Assembly: GCF_963921235.1 (NCBI RefSeq)
Contig: NC_086108.1
Span: 7,626,001 to 7,690,000, forward strand
Reading direction: 5' to 3'
Length of the DNA stretch: 64,000 nucleotides
Source of the DNA: Mobula hypostoma
Lineage: Eukaryota
A model generated the notes under the pieces. The model was given only the letters and a program-made list of their open reading frames with translations. It had not been told where the DNA came from and ran no database searches. Positions 37,768 to 50,009 of this stretch are shown in pieces; the stretch's first letter is position 1; each line of letters opens with the position of its first letter. The position numbers and the translations under genes were made by a program.

Positions 37768-38609
37768 GGAGGCTGAGTGAAGATGGCGTTAAACGGCGGC
37801 TCCTTTGCTTGCATCTTCGGAAACAGCTCTATTTCCATCTTTAATGTCTTTATTTTTCCCTTTCAGGGTTCTTTTGAAGACCCTGACCTGGGGTTACACA
37901 CCGTCTTCAGCTCTTTGTAGGAATGGGACCTGTTCTCAGAGTTTCAGGACTGGCCGTTGTTCGGCACGTCAAGGATTCAGCCTGAGAGTCCAGCTCATAT
38001 TGGAAGCATAAAACCCCAGGGCTCTGGAGACTGGTGGATCGAGGGTCGGTGTCACCGCAGGAGACCCATATGTCACTGGGGGAGTCAGAAAATCTACTGC
38101 CGCTGTGTGCCCGAAGATCAGGGATCTTTGCCATCTTCAGGCACAGAGCTCAAAAAAAGTGATATAATGGACTTTTAACATCATAAACCAGCGAGATGTT
38201 TGTTATGTCTCCCTGCTCGCAGGGAAAATGGAGACACCTCCCTCTCCCTTATGAGGGAGGGAGGGAGGGAAGGACAGAGAGGGGGAGGGGGAGGGGGAGA
38301 GGGAGAGGGAAGGGGAGCGTGCGAGCTCCAGCCTGTGGTATATTGAATGTCAGATGAAATGCGAAGTCTTTGGGGTAACTGCAAGTCTGTGTCTTTGCTA
38401 TTGCTTTGCTCATGCTTGAGTGTTCGCTGGCGGTGCTGATGCTTGCTTTTTTTTGGCCGGTGGGGGGAGGGGGTCTTTTCTCACATTTAACTGTCGTTCA
38501 TTCTTTGGGGCACTTCTCTGTTTTCGTGGATGTTTGCAAAGAAAAAGCATTTCAGAATGTATATTGTGTACATTTCTCTGACATTAAATTGGACCTTTGA
38601 ACCTTTGAA
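37768..38609 (+). mobile_element. Apparently full-length non-coding retroelement (same family as 9360-10103)
   Basis: Starts ggaggctgagtgAAGATGGCG; internal GA-rich tract; ends ggacctttgaacctttgaa. Confidence 0.8.
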
Positions 38610-39074
38610 TTAGGCCATTCAGCCCATCAAATCTGCTCTGCCATTTCATCGTGGCTGATCCATTTCCCTCTCAGCCACAATCTCCCACCTTCTCCCCGTA
38701 TACTTTCATGTTCTGACTAATCCAAGAATCAATCAACCTCTGCTGTAAATATAGCCAATAACTTGCCCTCCACAGCTGCCTGTGGCAAACGAATTCCACA
38801 GTTTCTCAAGTTCTGATGAAGGGTCTCAGGCCGAAGTGTTGACTGTTTACTCTTTTCCATAGATGCTGTCTGACTTACTGAGTTCCTTCAGCATTTTGTG
38901 TGTGTTGCTTTGAATTTCCAGCATCTGCAGATTTTCTCTTGTTTGTGACACCACAGATTCAGTACTCGCTGGCTAAAGAAATTTCTCTTCATCTCCATTC
39001 TAACTGGATGTCTCTCTATTCTAAGGCTGTGCCCTCTGGTCTCAGACTCCTCCATCATAGGATACATATTTTCC

Positions 39075-39517
39075 TTTCGGCACCTCCGACCCTTCGGTTA
39101 AATTTGAAGAAACTTGAAGACCATTTATTCAACATTTCCAATCCTTTTTTTAAAACTTAAAATACACGGAGAGGAGAGGAGTTAACGACACTAATGATTC
39201 TATCCAATGTAATATGTTAGCCTGTCCTTTTTTTCTCTATAGTTTTGTTCTTTTAGCTTTATTTAGTTTAGGTTAATATTGCTCAGTTTAATTAATATGT
39301 CTTTTTGTTTCTTTTCTAATTTGGGTTTTTTTTAGATTTTTTCTCATTTATCCCTCTTCCATGTTTAATTATATTTAGAGTTTGGGAAATTTAATATATC
39401 TGTACTATTACCAATGTTATATTTGCAATGTCAATTATTAATAATGTAATTCCAATCTCTGTTCATTAATATTGTTGCTATAATTTTGAAAATTAATAAA
39501 AAGATTGGAAAAGAAAG
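39075..39517 (+). mobile_element. L1-like 3' fragment with 18-bp TSD
   Basis: TSD ATAGGATACATA(T/C)TTTCC at 39057-39074 and 39518-39535; ends AATAAAAAGATTGGAAAAGAAAG; inserted in a CR1 remnant. Confidence 0.75.
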
Positions 39518-39764
39518 ATAGGATACATACTTTCCAAAGCTACTCTCTCTATGTCTTTCAACATTCGATAGGTTTCAGTCAGATACCCCCACCTTATTCT
39601 TCAGAATTCCAGTGAGTACAGGCCCAGATCCATCAAATGCTCCTCAATGGAGGTCTACCCTATGCTCAGGAACTTCTCTGTCCACAGTATCTTTGGAGAG
39701 CTGTACTTACAGGTCACATGACTTCAATAAATTTTATGGCATGTACCTCTCTAAGACAGCTAGA

Positions 39765-40710
39765 ACATAGAACATAGGAGCAGGTCATTCAGCTTACAAT
39801 GTTGTGGCAAACCAGCTAAAAAGCAAATCAAAAATGCGCAAACACTAATCCCACCTACCTACACCATGTTCATATCCTTCTTTCTGCATTACATTCATGT
39901 GCCTAACCAAATGTCTCTTAAAACCCTCTATGTAGTTGCCTCTACTCACATAGAAGGCAGCGTATTCCAGACGTTCACAACACACTGAGTGAAAAATTTA
40001 CCCCTCAGCTCCCCTTTGAACTTACTTCCTCTTACCTTCAATTCATAACATTTGGTATTAGGAATTTCAACCCTGGGAAATAGATATTCTCCGTCCACAC
40101 TATCTATGCCCCTCATAATCTTGTAAACCTCTATCAGATCTCCTCTCAGCCTCTAATACTCCATAGAAAATAACTCAAGTTTATCCAGCCTCTTGTGATA
40201 GTACATGCCCTCTACATCAGGCAGCATCCTGGTAAACCTCTTCTGCACCCTCTCCAAAGCCTCAACATCCGTCCTATAGTGGGGCAACCAGAAATGTATT
40301 CATCCTCCAGATGTGGCTAAACAGAGTTTTATAAAATTGCAACATAACCTCCTGACTTTTGAACTCAGTGCCTCGACTAATAAAAGTAAGCATTCCATAA
40401 GCCTTCTTAACCATCTTATCGACTTGTGTAGCCACTTTCAAGGAGCTATTAACTTAGATCCCACGATCTCTCTGCTTAACAACACTGTTAAGGACCTTGC
40501 CCTTAACACTGTACTGTCTCCTTGCATTTGCCCTGCTGAGGTGAAACACCTCACATTTATCGGGGTTAAACTACATCTGCCATTTCTCAGACCATATTTT
40601 CAACTGATCTATATCGCGCTGTATTCTTTGCCAGTCTTCTAACTATCCACAACTCCACCAATCTTGGTTTCATCTGCAAATTTACTAACCCACCCATCTA
40701 TGTTTTCATC
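39765..40710 (-). mobile_element. CR1 LINE 3' fragment
   Basis: Collinear with 1960-2545; tail agaacatagaacatag. Confidence 0.85.
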
Positions 40711-43700
40711 CACTTGGTTCTGAAAATCAAGTTGACAAGGCTTACATAAAATGAAATACAGACAGTCGTACAGAGACAGAGAAAAAAGTTCACTAGATCT
40801 TTAGATAAGCATACAGTCTTCTTTGAATGGAGAATGATCCACAGAAACCACATTTCCTGGAAAATGTACCCACTTGTGGACACACCCCATAATGGTCTTT
40901 GCACCAAAATACCACAAGATATTCCATTCTGTATTGCAGTATGGCTTCTATTGGTCTACTCAAGCCAGATAATAGAATAACAAAAATTATCTAAACCGCA
41001 CACAGGACTTTTGTTCGCTTTCTGAGCCTCAACACTGCTCTAAAAGGCAAAAGACAAATCAGTAAAAATGCAGAAAATAGCCATGGACTCTATTTCGAAG
41101 AACTATGAACAAATTTGAGAACAACATCTTACATCACCAACTTTTGCTGAATCTCATTTGATTCATCTTCATTGTACTCGTCTACACAAATCACCCAGAT
41201 TGTTAAAAAATGTTAGACCATAAGATATAGGAGAAGATTAGGCCATTTAGCCCATCGAGCCTGTTCTGCTATTTCACAAATTTCCCTCTCAGTCCCAATC
41301 TCCTGCCTTCTCCCCATATCCCTTCATGCCCTGACCAGTCAAGAATCTACAAACCTCTACCTTAAAGCACATAAAGATTTGGCTTCCACAGCTGCCTGTG
41401 GCAACAAATTTCAGAGTCACTACTCTCTAGCTAAAGAAATTGCTCTTCATCTCCTTTCTAAAAGGACACCTCTCTATTCTGAGGCTGTGTCCTCAGGTCT
41501 TAGACTTTCTCACAACGTAGGAAACATCCTCTCCACGTCAAGGCCTTTCACCATTCAATAGGTTTCAATTAGGTTACCCCTCATTCTCCTGAATTCTAGT
41601 GAATACAGACCCAGGGCCTCCAAACATTCTTCATGTGACAAGTTGTTCAATCCTGGAATTATTTTTGTGAATCTTCTTTGAACCCTCCCCAGTTTCAGCA
41701 CATCCTATCTAAGATAAGGAGCCAAAACAGCTCATAACTCCAAGTAAGGCCTCACCAAAGCTTTATAAAGCCTCAACATTATGTCCTTGCTTTTATATTC
41801 TAGTCCTCTTGAAATGAATGCTAACATCGCATTTGCCTTCCTCACCACAGACTCAACCTGGAAATTAAATATATTGGCAACACATCAAATTAGCAGACAG
41901 TATTAAAATAGGGAAGGCTGAGTGTGGTGGCTGTCTATCGTGTCCGATGATGGCAAGAAATTTTTAAAGTGGGGCAGTTCCACTCTCTCAACCTCAAAAG
42001 TCCGGGTCCAGTGGTACAAACAAATGTCACAAACTGGGGTCTTCTTTGGTTGCAGTGGATGACCATGACGTCTTCTGTGCCCTATCATGCTCTTCGCTGT
42101 CCATAGAGTGTTGCAGTACTGCATTCCTGGCCATTGGATCTCACTATAGATCTCATCCACCGGAGCTGACTTCACATGCCAGCACGGACATGTTTCTACC
42201 TCACAGTGGTATGAGGCCGCCAGCTCCCTTCACCTGGTTTAGCCCACCTGTCAAAGCTGTGTACCAGGATATGGCTGCTGCAAAAGAGCTATTTGGAGCC
42301 CACAGGTGGGAGCTGAGTAAGCTGTCCCAGATTGAGCATGACAAGACCCTTTAGCAGAGGTGCTATCTCTCCCTAAACACTTCACTTGGTGCTTATTCAC
42401 GTGTTAAACTGGACAATGATAGCAAGCTGTTCCAGTGCGAAGAGCACCAAGGCTGAACGTGGTCACATATCCTGATCAGGGTGCAGGATAATGATCTGCA
42501 GCCTATTTACCTTCTTCTTCCTTACTCCTGCCCTCCAAGAGGACCACACCCCTTGCATGCCTCAATGACCTGGAGAGCTATGTTGGCTGGAGTCAGGACC
42601 TTGTGCTTTGGCTGTTGGTAGGGTCATGCATGCCGAACAGGTCAAAGGGCAGAGGCTAGACTAAGAGTGAACCACCAGTCCTCCAGGTTCACGGGTTCAA
42701 CTCAGGGCTAACAACCCTGACCAGTAAAACAAAACTGTTATGGAAAGAGCAATGAAGAATCCTATATTTGGGTGCGACATTATTCTCCACAAACAAGAGA
42801 AAATCTGCAGATGCTAGAGATCCAAGCAACACACACAAAATGCTGGAGGAACTCATCAGACCAGGCAGCATCTGTGGAAAAGAGTATCGTCAACATTTTG
42901 GGCCAAAACCCTTCATCAGAGTCATGACAATGATTCTGGGATCGAAAAGCTTTTGAGGAGCGTTTGATGGCTCTGGCCTCTACTCACTGGAATTCAGAGG
43001 AATGAGGAGGGACCTTACTAAAAACCTATCGAATGTTGAAAGGCCTCTATACAGTGAATGTTTCCTAAGGTGGAGGAGTCTAAGACCAGAGGACACAGCC
43101 TCAGAATAGAGGAGCATACTTTTAGAATGGAAATGAGGAAGAATTTCTTCAGCCAGAGAGTGGTGAATCTGTGGAATTCATTGCCACAGGAGGCTGTGGA
43201 GGCCAAGACATTAGGTATATTTACAGAAGAGGTTGATAGATTTTTGTTTAGTCAGGGAAGAGATGAGAAGGCAGGAGATTGGAGCTGAGGGGGGAAATGG
43301 ATCAGCCATGATGAAATGGTGGAGACTTGATGGGCCTAATGGCCAAATTCTGCTCCTATATCTTATGAACAATGGTTATACTCTCAACGCCACTAAGAAA
43401 GCTAACCCTCCTCATGTCTTACTAGATTTACCTTTGGGGGGGGTGCACCAGCAGGCAGAGAACTGGGTATTGTAGGTTGGCACCAGAAGCGTGGCGACAC
43501 TTGCGGGCTGCCCCCAGCACATCCTCGGACTGTGTTGGTCACTGATGCAAAACGATGCATATTAATTGTATTTTTTGTTGTATGGATGACAAATAAACTT
43601 TTGTAAGATATTACAGCACATTTGGCCAGCAATTTTGTGCCAATCTTTTAACCTACTCTCAGGTTAACTTTCCCAACCTGGGTTCACTGACCCCTTGCTT

Positions 43701-44364
43701 AATGGTATTGGTCCATGGCATAAAAAAGGTTGGGAATCCTCTTATCCTTCCCTCCCACATAGACTTCCATTTTTTTATCATAAAATTTATGATAAAATTA
43801 ATAAATCATCATATTTGATGTGCTCTGAGGCTTGTTCTTTACGAATGGCTTGCATGCTGAGTTATTATAGCCAGAATCCCACGTGAGTGAAAAGTGAACA
43901 TTTAATTGCTGAACTCTGCAAGTCAAAGATCTACTATATCATTAGTACCTGTAGGTACCTGCATCTTTAGAGAGAATTGGCAGCAGCCCAGTATTTGATT
44001 TGTATCTGAACTGGGCAAGGCAATTAATAAATTCTCCTCTATTAATGAGCTCTCTAGCTCATTTCTAGGTAGTGTTTCACCGACAGCATCAGATTTATCT
44101 TCATGAAGCCCAGTTACTGTTGAATTCAATCTGCCTGATATGTATCTGAATCTCATGGGTGGAGGTGGGGGTGTGGGCAGTAACCAACACAAATTTAGAG
44201 CCAGATAAATAAAGAACAAAACAACTTTGATGCCCGCTGCAGTCCCAGCAGAATAAATGTAGTTTATTCATCAAAATTGTGACCTAGCATTCTGTTCATA
44301 TTAAAGTTTTAAACTGTAGGTAAAAACGACCTTGCCCAAGTCGACTCTTGCACAACCCCATCCT

Positions 44365-44856
44365 GACTCGATAGTAAGGGGGTCAGGTAGGCGATTCTAT
44401 GGACGCAGTCCAGAGACCCGGATGGTAGTTTGCCTCCCTGGTGCCAGGGTCCGGGATATTTCTGATCGTGTCCAAGATATCCTGAAGTGGGAGGGAGAGG
44501 AGCCAGAGGTCGAGGTACATATAGGAACCAATGACATAGGTAGGAAAAGGGATGAGGTCCTGAAAGGAGAATATAGGGAGCTAGGAAGGGAGTTGAGAAA
44601 AAGGACCTCAAAGGTAGTAATCTCGGGATTACTGCCTGTGCCACGCGACAGTGAGAGTAGGAATGCGATGAGGTGGAGGATAAATGCGTTGCTGAGGGAT
44701 TGGAGCAGGGGGCGGGGATTCAAGTTTTTGGATCATTGGGACCTCTTTTGGCGCAGGCGTGACCTGTACAAAAAGGACGGGTTACACTTGAATCCTAGGG
44801 GGGCCAATATCCTGGCAGGGAGATTAGCGAGGGCTACTGAGGTGACTTTAAACTAG
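44365..44856 (+). CDS. CR1 ORF1 C-terminal SGNH/GDSL esterase domain (5'-truncated)
   Basis: DSIVRG (GDS block), LPGA, HIGTND and DGLHLN motifs in an open frame ending ACT TTA AAC TAG. Confidence 0.9.
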   Translation, partial: DSIVRGSGRRFYGRSPETRMVVCLPGARVRDISDRVQDILKWEGEEPEVEVHIGTNDIGRKRDEVLKGEYRELGRELRKRTSKVVISGLLPVPRDSESRNAMRWRINALLRDWSRGRGFKFLDHWDLFWRRRDLYKKDGLHLNPRGANILAGRLARATEVTLN

Positions 44857-47800
44857 AATGGTTGGGAGGTGGGAATCAAATTAAAGAGGCTAGGCGTGAG
44901 GAGGTTAGTTCACAACAGGGGGCTGGGAACCAGTGCAGAGAGACAGAGGGGTGTAAAGTGAGGGTAGAAGCAATAAGTACTAAGGAGAAAAGTAAAAGTG
45001 GCAGGCCGACAAATCCAGGGCAAGCATTAAAAAGGGCCACTTTTCAACATAATTGTATAAGGGCTAAGAGAGTTGTAAAAGAGCGCCTGAAGGCTTTGTG
45101 TGTCAATGCAAGGAGCATTCGTAATAAAGTGGATGAATTGAAAGTGCAGATTGTTATTAATGATTATGATATAGTTGGGATCACAGAGACATGGCTCCAG
45201 GGTGACCAAGGATGGGAGCTCAACGTTCAGGGATATTCAATATTCAGGAGGGATAGACATGAAGGAAGGGGAGGTGGGGTGGCGTTGCTGGTTAAAGAAG
45301 AGATTAATGCAATAGAAAGGAAGGACATAAGCCGGGAAGATGTGGAATCAATATCGGTAGAGCTGCGTAACACTAAGGGGCAGAAGACGCTGGTGGGAGT
45401 TGTGTACAGGCCACCTAACAGTAGTAGTGAGGTCGGAGATGGTATTAAACAGGAAATTAGAAATGTGTGCAATAAAGGAACAGCAGTTATAATGGGTGAC
45501 TTCAACCTACATGTAGATTGGGTGAACCAAATTGGTAAAGGTGCTGAGGAAGAGGATTTCTTGGAATGTATGCAGGATGGTTTTTTGAACCAACATGTCG
45601 AGGAACCAACTAGAGAGCAGGCTATTCTGGACTGGGTTTTGAGCAATGAGGAAGGGTTAATTAGCAATCTTGTCGTGAGAGGCCCCTTGGGTAAGAGTGA
45701 CCATAATATGGTGGAATTCTTCATTAAGATGGAGAGTGACATAGTCAATTCAGAAACAAAGGTTCTGAACTTAAAGAGGGGTAACTTTGAAGGTATGAGA
45801 CGTGAATTAGCTAAGATAGACTGGCAAATGACACTTAAAGGATTGACGGTGGATATGCAATGGCAAGCATTTAAAGGTTGCATGGATGAACTACAACAAT
45901 TGTTCATCCCAGTTTGGCAGAAGAATAATTCAAGGAAGGTAGTTCACCCGTGGCTGACAAGAGAAATTAGGGATAGTATCAATTCCAAAGAAGAGGCATA
46001 CAAATTAGCCAGAGAAAGTGGCTCACCTGAGGACTGGGAGAAATTCAGAGTTCAGCAGAGGAGGACAAAGGGCTTAATTAGGAAGGGGAAAAAAGATTAT
46101 GAGAGAAAACTGGCAGGGAACATAAAAACTGACTGTAAAAGCTTTTATAGATATGTAAAAAGGAAAAGACTGGTAAAGACAAATGTAGGTCCCCTACAGA
46201 CAGAAACAGGTGAATTGATTATGGGGAGCAAGGACATGGCAGACCAATTGAATAATTACTTTAGTTCTGTCTTCACGAAGGAGGACATAAATAATCTTCC
46301 AGAAATAGTAGGGGACAGAGGGTCCAGTGAGATGGAGGAACTGAGCGAAATACATGTTAGTAGGGAAGTGTTGTTAGGTAAATTGAAGGGATTGAAGGCA
46401 GATAAATCCCCAGGGCCAGATGGTCTGCATCCTAGAGTGCTTAAGGAAGTAGCCCAAGAAATAGTGGATGCATTAGTGATAATTTTTCAAAACTCGTTAG
46501 ATTCTGGACTAGTTCCTGAGGATTGGAGGGTGGCTAATGTAACTCCACTTTTTAAAAAAGGAGGGAGAGAGAAACCGGGGAATTATAGACCGATTAGCCT
46601 AACGTCGGTGGTGGGGAAACTGCTGGAGTCAGTTATCAAAGATGTGATAACAGCACATTTGGAAAGCGGTGAAATCATCGGACAAAGTCAGCATGGATTT
46701 GTGAAAGGAAAATCATGTCTGACGAATCTCATAGAAATTTTTGAGGATGTAACTAGTAGAGTGGATAGGGAGAACCAGTGGATGTGGTCTATTTGGATTT
46801 TCAAAAGGCTTTTGACAAGGTCCCACACAGGAGATTAGTGTGCAAACTGAAAGCACACGGTATTGGGGGTAAGGTATTGATGTGGATGGAGAATTGGTTA
46901 GCAGACAGGAAGCAAAGAGTGGGAATAAACGGGACCTTTTCAGAATGGCAGGCGGTGACTAGTGGGGTACCGCAAGGCTCAGTGCTGGGACCCCAGTTGT
47001 TTACAATATATATTAATGACTTGGTTGAGGGAATTAAATGCAGCATCTCCAAGTTTGCGGATGACCCGAAGCTGGGTGGCAGTGTTAGCTGTGAGGAGGA
47101 TGCTAAGAGGATGCAGAGTGACTTGGATAGGTTGGGTGAGTGGGCAAATTCATGGCAGATGCAATTTAATGTGGATAAATGTGAAGTTATCCACTTTGGT
47201 GGCAAAAATAGGAAAACAGATTATTATCTGAATGGTGGCCGATTAGGAAAAGGGGAGGTGCAACGAGACCAGGGTGTCATTATACACCAGTCATTGAAAA
47301 TGGGCATGCAGGTACAGCAGGCGGTGAAAAAGGCGAATGGTATGCTGGCATTTATAGCGAGAGGATTCGAGTACAGGAGCAGGGAGGTACTACTGCAGTT
47401 GTACAAGGCCTTGGTGAGACCACACCTGGAGTACTGTGTGCAGTTTTGGTCACCTAATCTGAGGAAAGACATCCTTGCCTTAGAGGGAGTACAAAGAAGG
47501 TTCACCAGATTGATTCCTGGGATGGCAGGACTTTCATATGAAGAAAGACTGGATGAACTGGGCTTGTACTCACTGGAATTTAGAAGATTGAGGGGGGATC
47601 TGATTGAAACATATAAAATCCTAAAGGGATTGGACAGGCTAGATGCAGGAAGATTGTTCCCGATGTTGGGGAAGTCCAGAACAAGGGGTCACAGTTTGAG
47701 GATAAAGGGGAAGCCTTTTAGGACCGAGATTAGGAAAAACTTCTTCACACAGAGAGTGGTGAATCTGTGGAATTCTCTGCCACAGAAAACTGTTGAGGCC

Positions 47801-47893
47801 AGTTCATTGGCTATATTTAAGAGGGAGTTAGATATGGCCCTTGTGGCTACGGGGATCAGCGGGTATGGAGGGAAGGCTGGGGCGGGGTTTTGA
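44847..47893 (+). CDS. CR1 ORF2 (APE endonuclease + reverse transcriptase) with one frameshift at ~46768-46770
   Basis: NARSI, GITETWL, VYRPP, MGDFN, SDHN, NYRPISLTS, QHGF, LDFQKAFDKV, GVPQGSVLGP, FADD. The two ORFs (44862-46838 and 46778-47893) join if one G is restored in gatagggagaacc. Confidence 0.93.
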
Positions 47894-48039
47894 GTTGGAT
47901 GATCAGCCATGATCATAATAAATGGCGGTGCAGGCTCGAAGGGCCGAATGGCCTACTCCTGCACCTATTTTCTATGTTTTCTATGTAACCATCAGCACGC
48001 CACCCTAGTCTTGAACTCAAACCATTCTTGTAATCTATG

Positions 48040-48125
48040 TGGATGTTCCAGTGCAGTACTGAAAAAGTGCTGAATAGATGGAAGAACTGTCCTGTCCTCT
48101 GGATGAGACATCTAACCAAAAATGT
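48040..48125 (+). mobile_element. Ancient Deu-domain SINE remnant (SacSINE/AmnSINE-like)
   Basis: gtgcagtactgaaaaagtgctg...gtcctctggatgagacatctaacc resembles the recalled Deu-domain consensus gtgcagtactgagggagtgctg...gtctttcggatgagacgttaaacc. Confidence 0.5.
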
Positions 48126-48259
48126 ATCTTAACTCTCAGAATCAACACTTGAACAATTTATTTCATTACTGGTTGCTCGTGGGCACACAAAAGGACAGGC
48201 CAAAATTAATTACTTACCTGCAAATAACTGAAATCTTAAAGAATCCTACTTAAAGTTAA

Positions 48260-48660
48260 ACAACACACACAAAATGCTGGGGGAACTCAGCAGGTCAAGC
48301 AGCATCTATGGAAAAGAATAAACACTTGACGTTTTGAGCCGAGACCCTTCTTCGTGGCTGGAAAGGGATGGGAAGGATGCCAGAATAAGAAGGTGGGGGG
48401 AAGTGAAGGGAGTACCAGCTATAAGGTGATAGGTGGGGCCATGTGGGTGGGGCAGGGGGCGTGAACTAAGAAGCTGGGAGGTGATAGGTGGAAAAGGTCA
48501 TGGGGTGGAGAAGAAGGAAGATGGGAGAGGAGAGTGGACCATGAAAGAGAGGGAAGGAGGAGAGGCACTAGGGGGAGATGATAGGTAGGTGAGAAGCTAG
48601 AGTGGGGAAATGAAGAAAAGGGAAGGGGTAGAGGGAAAGAATTACCATAGGATGGAAAAA
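48260..48660 (-). mobile_element. Penelope (Neptune-type) terminal repeat fragment
   Basis: Reverse complement of the 61130-61500 type sequence; decayed hammerhead at 48323-48360. Confidence 0.8.
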
Positions 48661-48763
48661 TGCAAGGATTGTTGTTAAGCTTCAAATGACAACATTTATT
48701 AGCCAAATTGTGGGTGCCTTTTAACTTGTTCTCAAAATGGGGGTACTAGTAGACAAAAGATTA

Positions 48764-49050
48764 GGGTGCCAGGATAGCTTAACGGTTAGTGCAACACTAT
48801 TACAGGTCAGGGCATTCTGAGTTCTGAGTTCAATTCTGGTGCTGTCTATAAGGAGTTTGTATGTTCTCCCTGTGACTGCATGGGTTTCCTCAGGGCGCTC
48901 CTGTTTCCTCCCACAGTCCAAAGACATACCAGTTGGTAGGTTAATTGCTCATTGTAAATTGTCCTCTGATCAGGTTAGTGTTAAATAGGTGGGTTGCTGT
49001 GCAGTGCAACTCCTTGCCTTTCTGCAGTGCTTCTCTAAATAATAAATAAT
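48764..49050 (+). mobile_element. V-SINE (HE1-like)
   Basis: tRNA-like head, then V domain ggagtttgtatgttctccctgtgactgcatgggtttcctc...tttcctcccacagtccaaagac; (AAT)n tail. Related copies at 53560-53800(+), 56100-56340(-) and 24560-24700(-). Confidence 0.8.
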
Positions 49051-50009
49051 AAAGAAAATAAAGTGAGCAACTTAGTCCCAGCCCTAGATACTTCTTCCTG
49101 GTGACACACTTATTCAAACCACCACAATGCCTTAGGTGAAACTACCCAAAGTTGCTGATTGCAATTTGATACAGCCGAGTGACGTACTAGTCCGTGACAG
49201 GAAGCAAGCTTTCATGAGACAACCTAGACCAGCTAGCCTAAGTCAAGTTGAGTTTATCGTCATGTGCACCAGTACGGTGAAGAACAGGTACAATAAAACA
49301 CCAACTTGCAGCAGCATCATGAGCACGTAGGAACTGCTGGATTAGGGCATACAATAGATATTCTTTCAGTACTTTCCTTGTAGGTTTAACTTTCCTATCT
49401 TTTATTATCATCTATTTCAATGCACTGCTGCCACATAACAACAAATTTCATGACATATGGCAGTGATATTAAACCTGATTCTGATTCAGAAATATGCCAT
49501 ACACCATTATGTGGTTTACTAATGGCACCAGCACTTCATCTGAAATGAGAATAATGGGACTTAAATTGCAGAAAGATGCCTCCACAACATCAGAACAAAT
49601 TCTTCAGTCCCATGCACTCAACGCTGAATTTTACACAATTCGGTCACCTTTGTTCTTTGAACTGCGACCCACAAGAGTCACTGCCTCAGGCACAGGTAGA
49701 GTTTTTGTGCTCACTTTAAAGTTCGTGGAGAGGTCATTCCAGGGTGCTGAATCAATTATATTAAATTAAAAATGAGCAATGCATCAGGCTTGAGGTTATT
49801 GGAACTTGTCGTCAGGGCTAACACAGAGAATCACTGAAAGAATTTTGAGACCGACTTATGCTTTGCACTGGTTTAAAACGGTTTCAAACAGAAGAGATTC
49901 AAAAATGAATACAGAAGCCATGTACATCTCAATCTTAGTGCAAGTCAGTTGTCCAGAGTAGAGGACATGCCCTCTTCTCATTGCTACAGCCAGGGAGGAG
50001 GTACAGAAG

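Larger units (their letters stand above)
44364..47986 (+). mobile_element. Young, 5'-truncated CR1 LINE with esterase ORF1 and nearly intact ORF2
   Basis: ORF1 SGNH esterase remnant, APE + RT ORF2, and a 3' UTR ending cctattttctatgttttctatgt. Confidence 0.97.

Noticed and set aside
45227..45907. 226-aa antisense ORF inside CR1 ORF2, and similar antisense ORFs
   Set aside because: Shadow frames of the LINE coding sequence with no recognisable domain.
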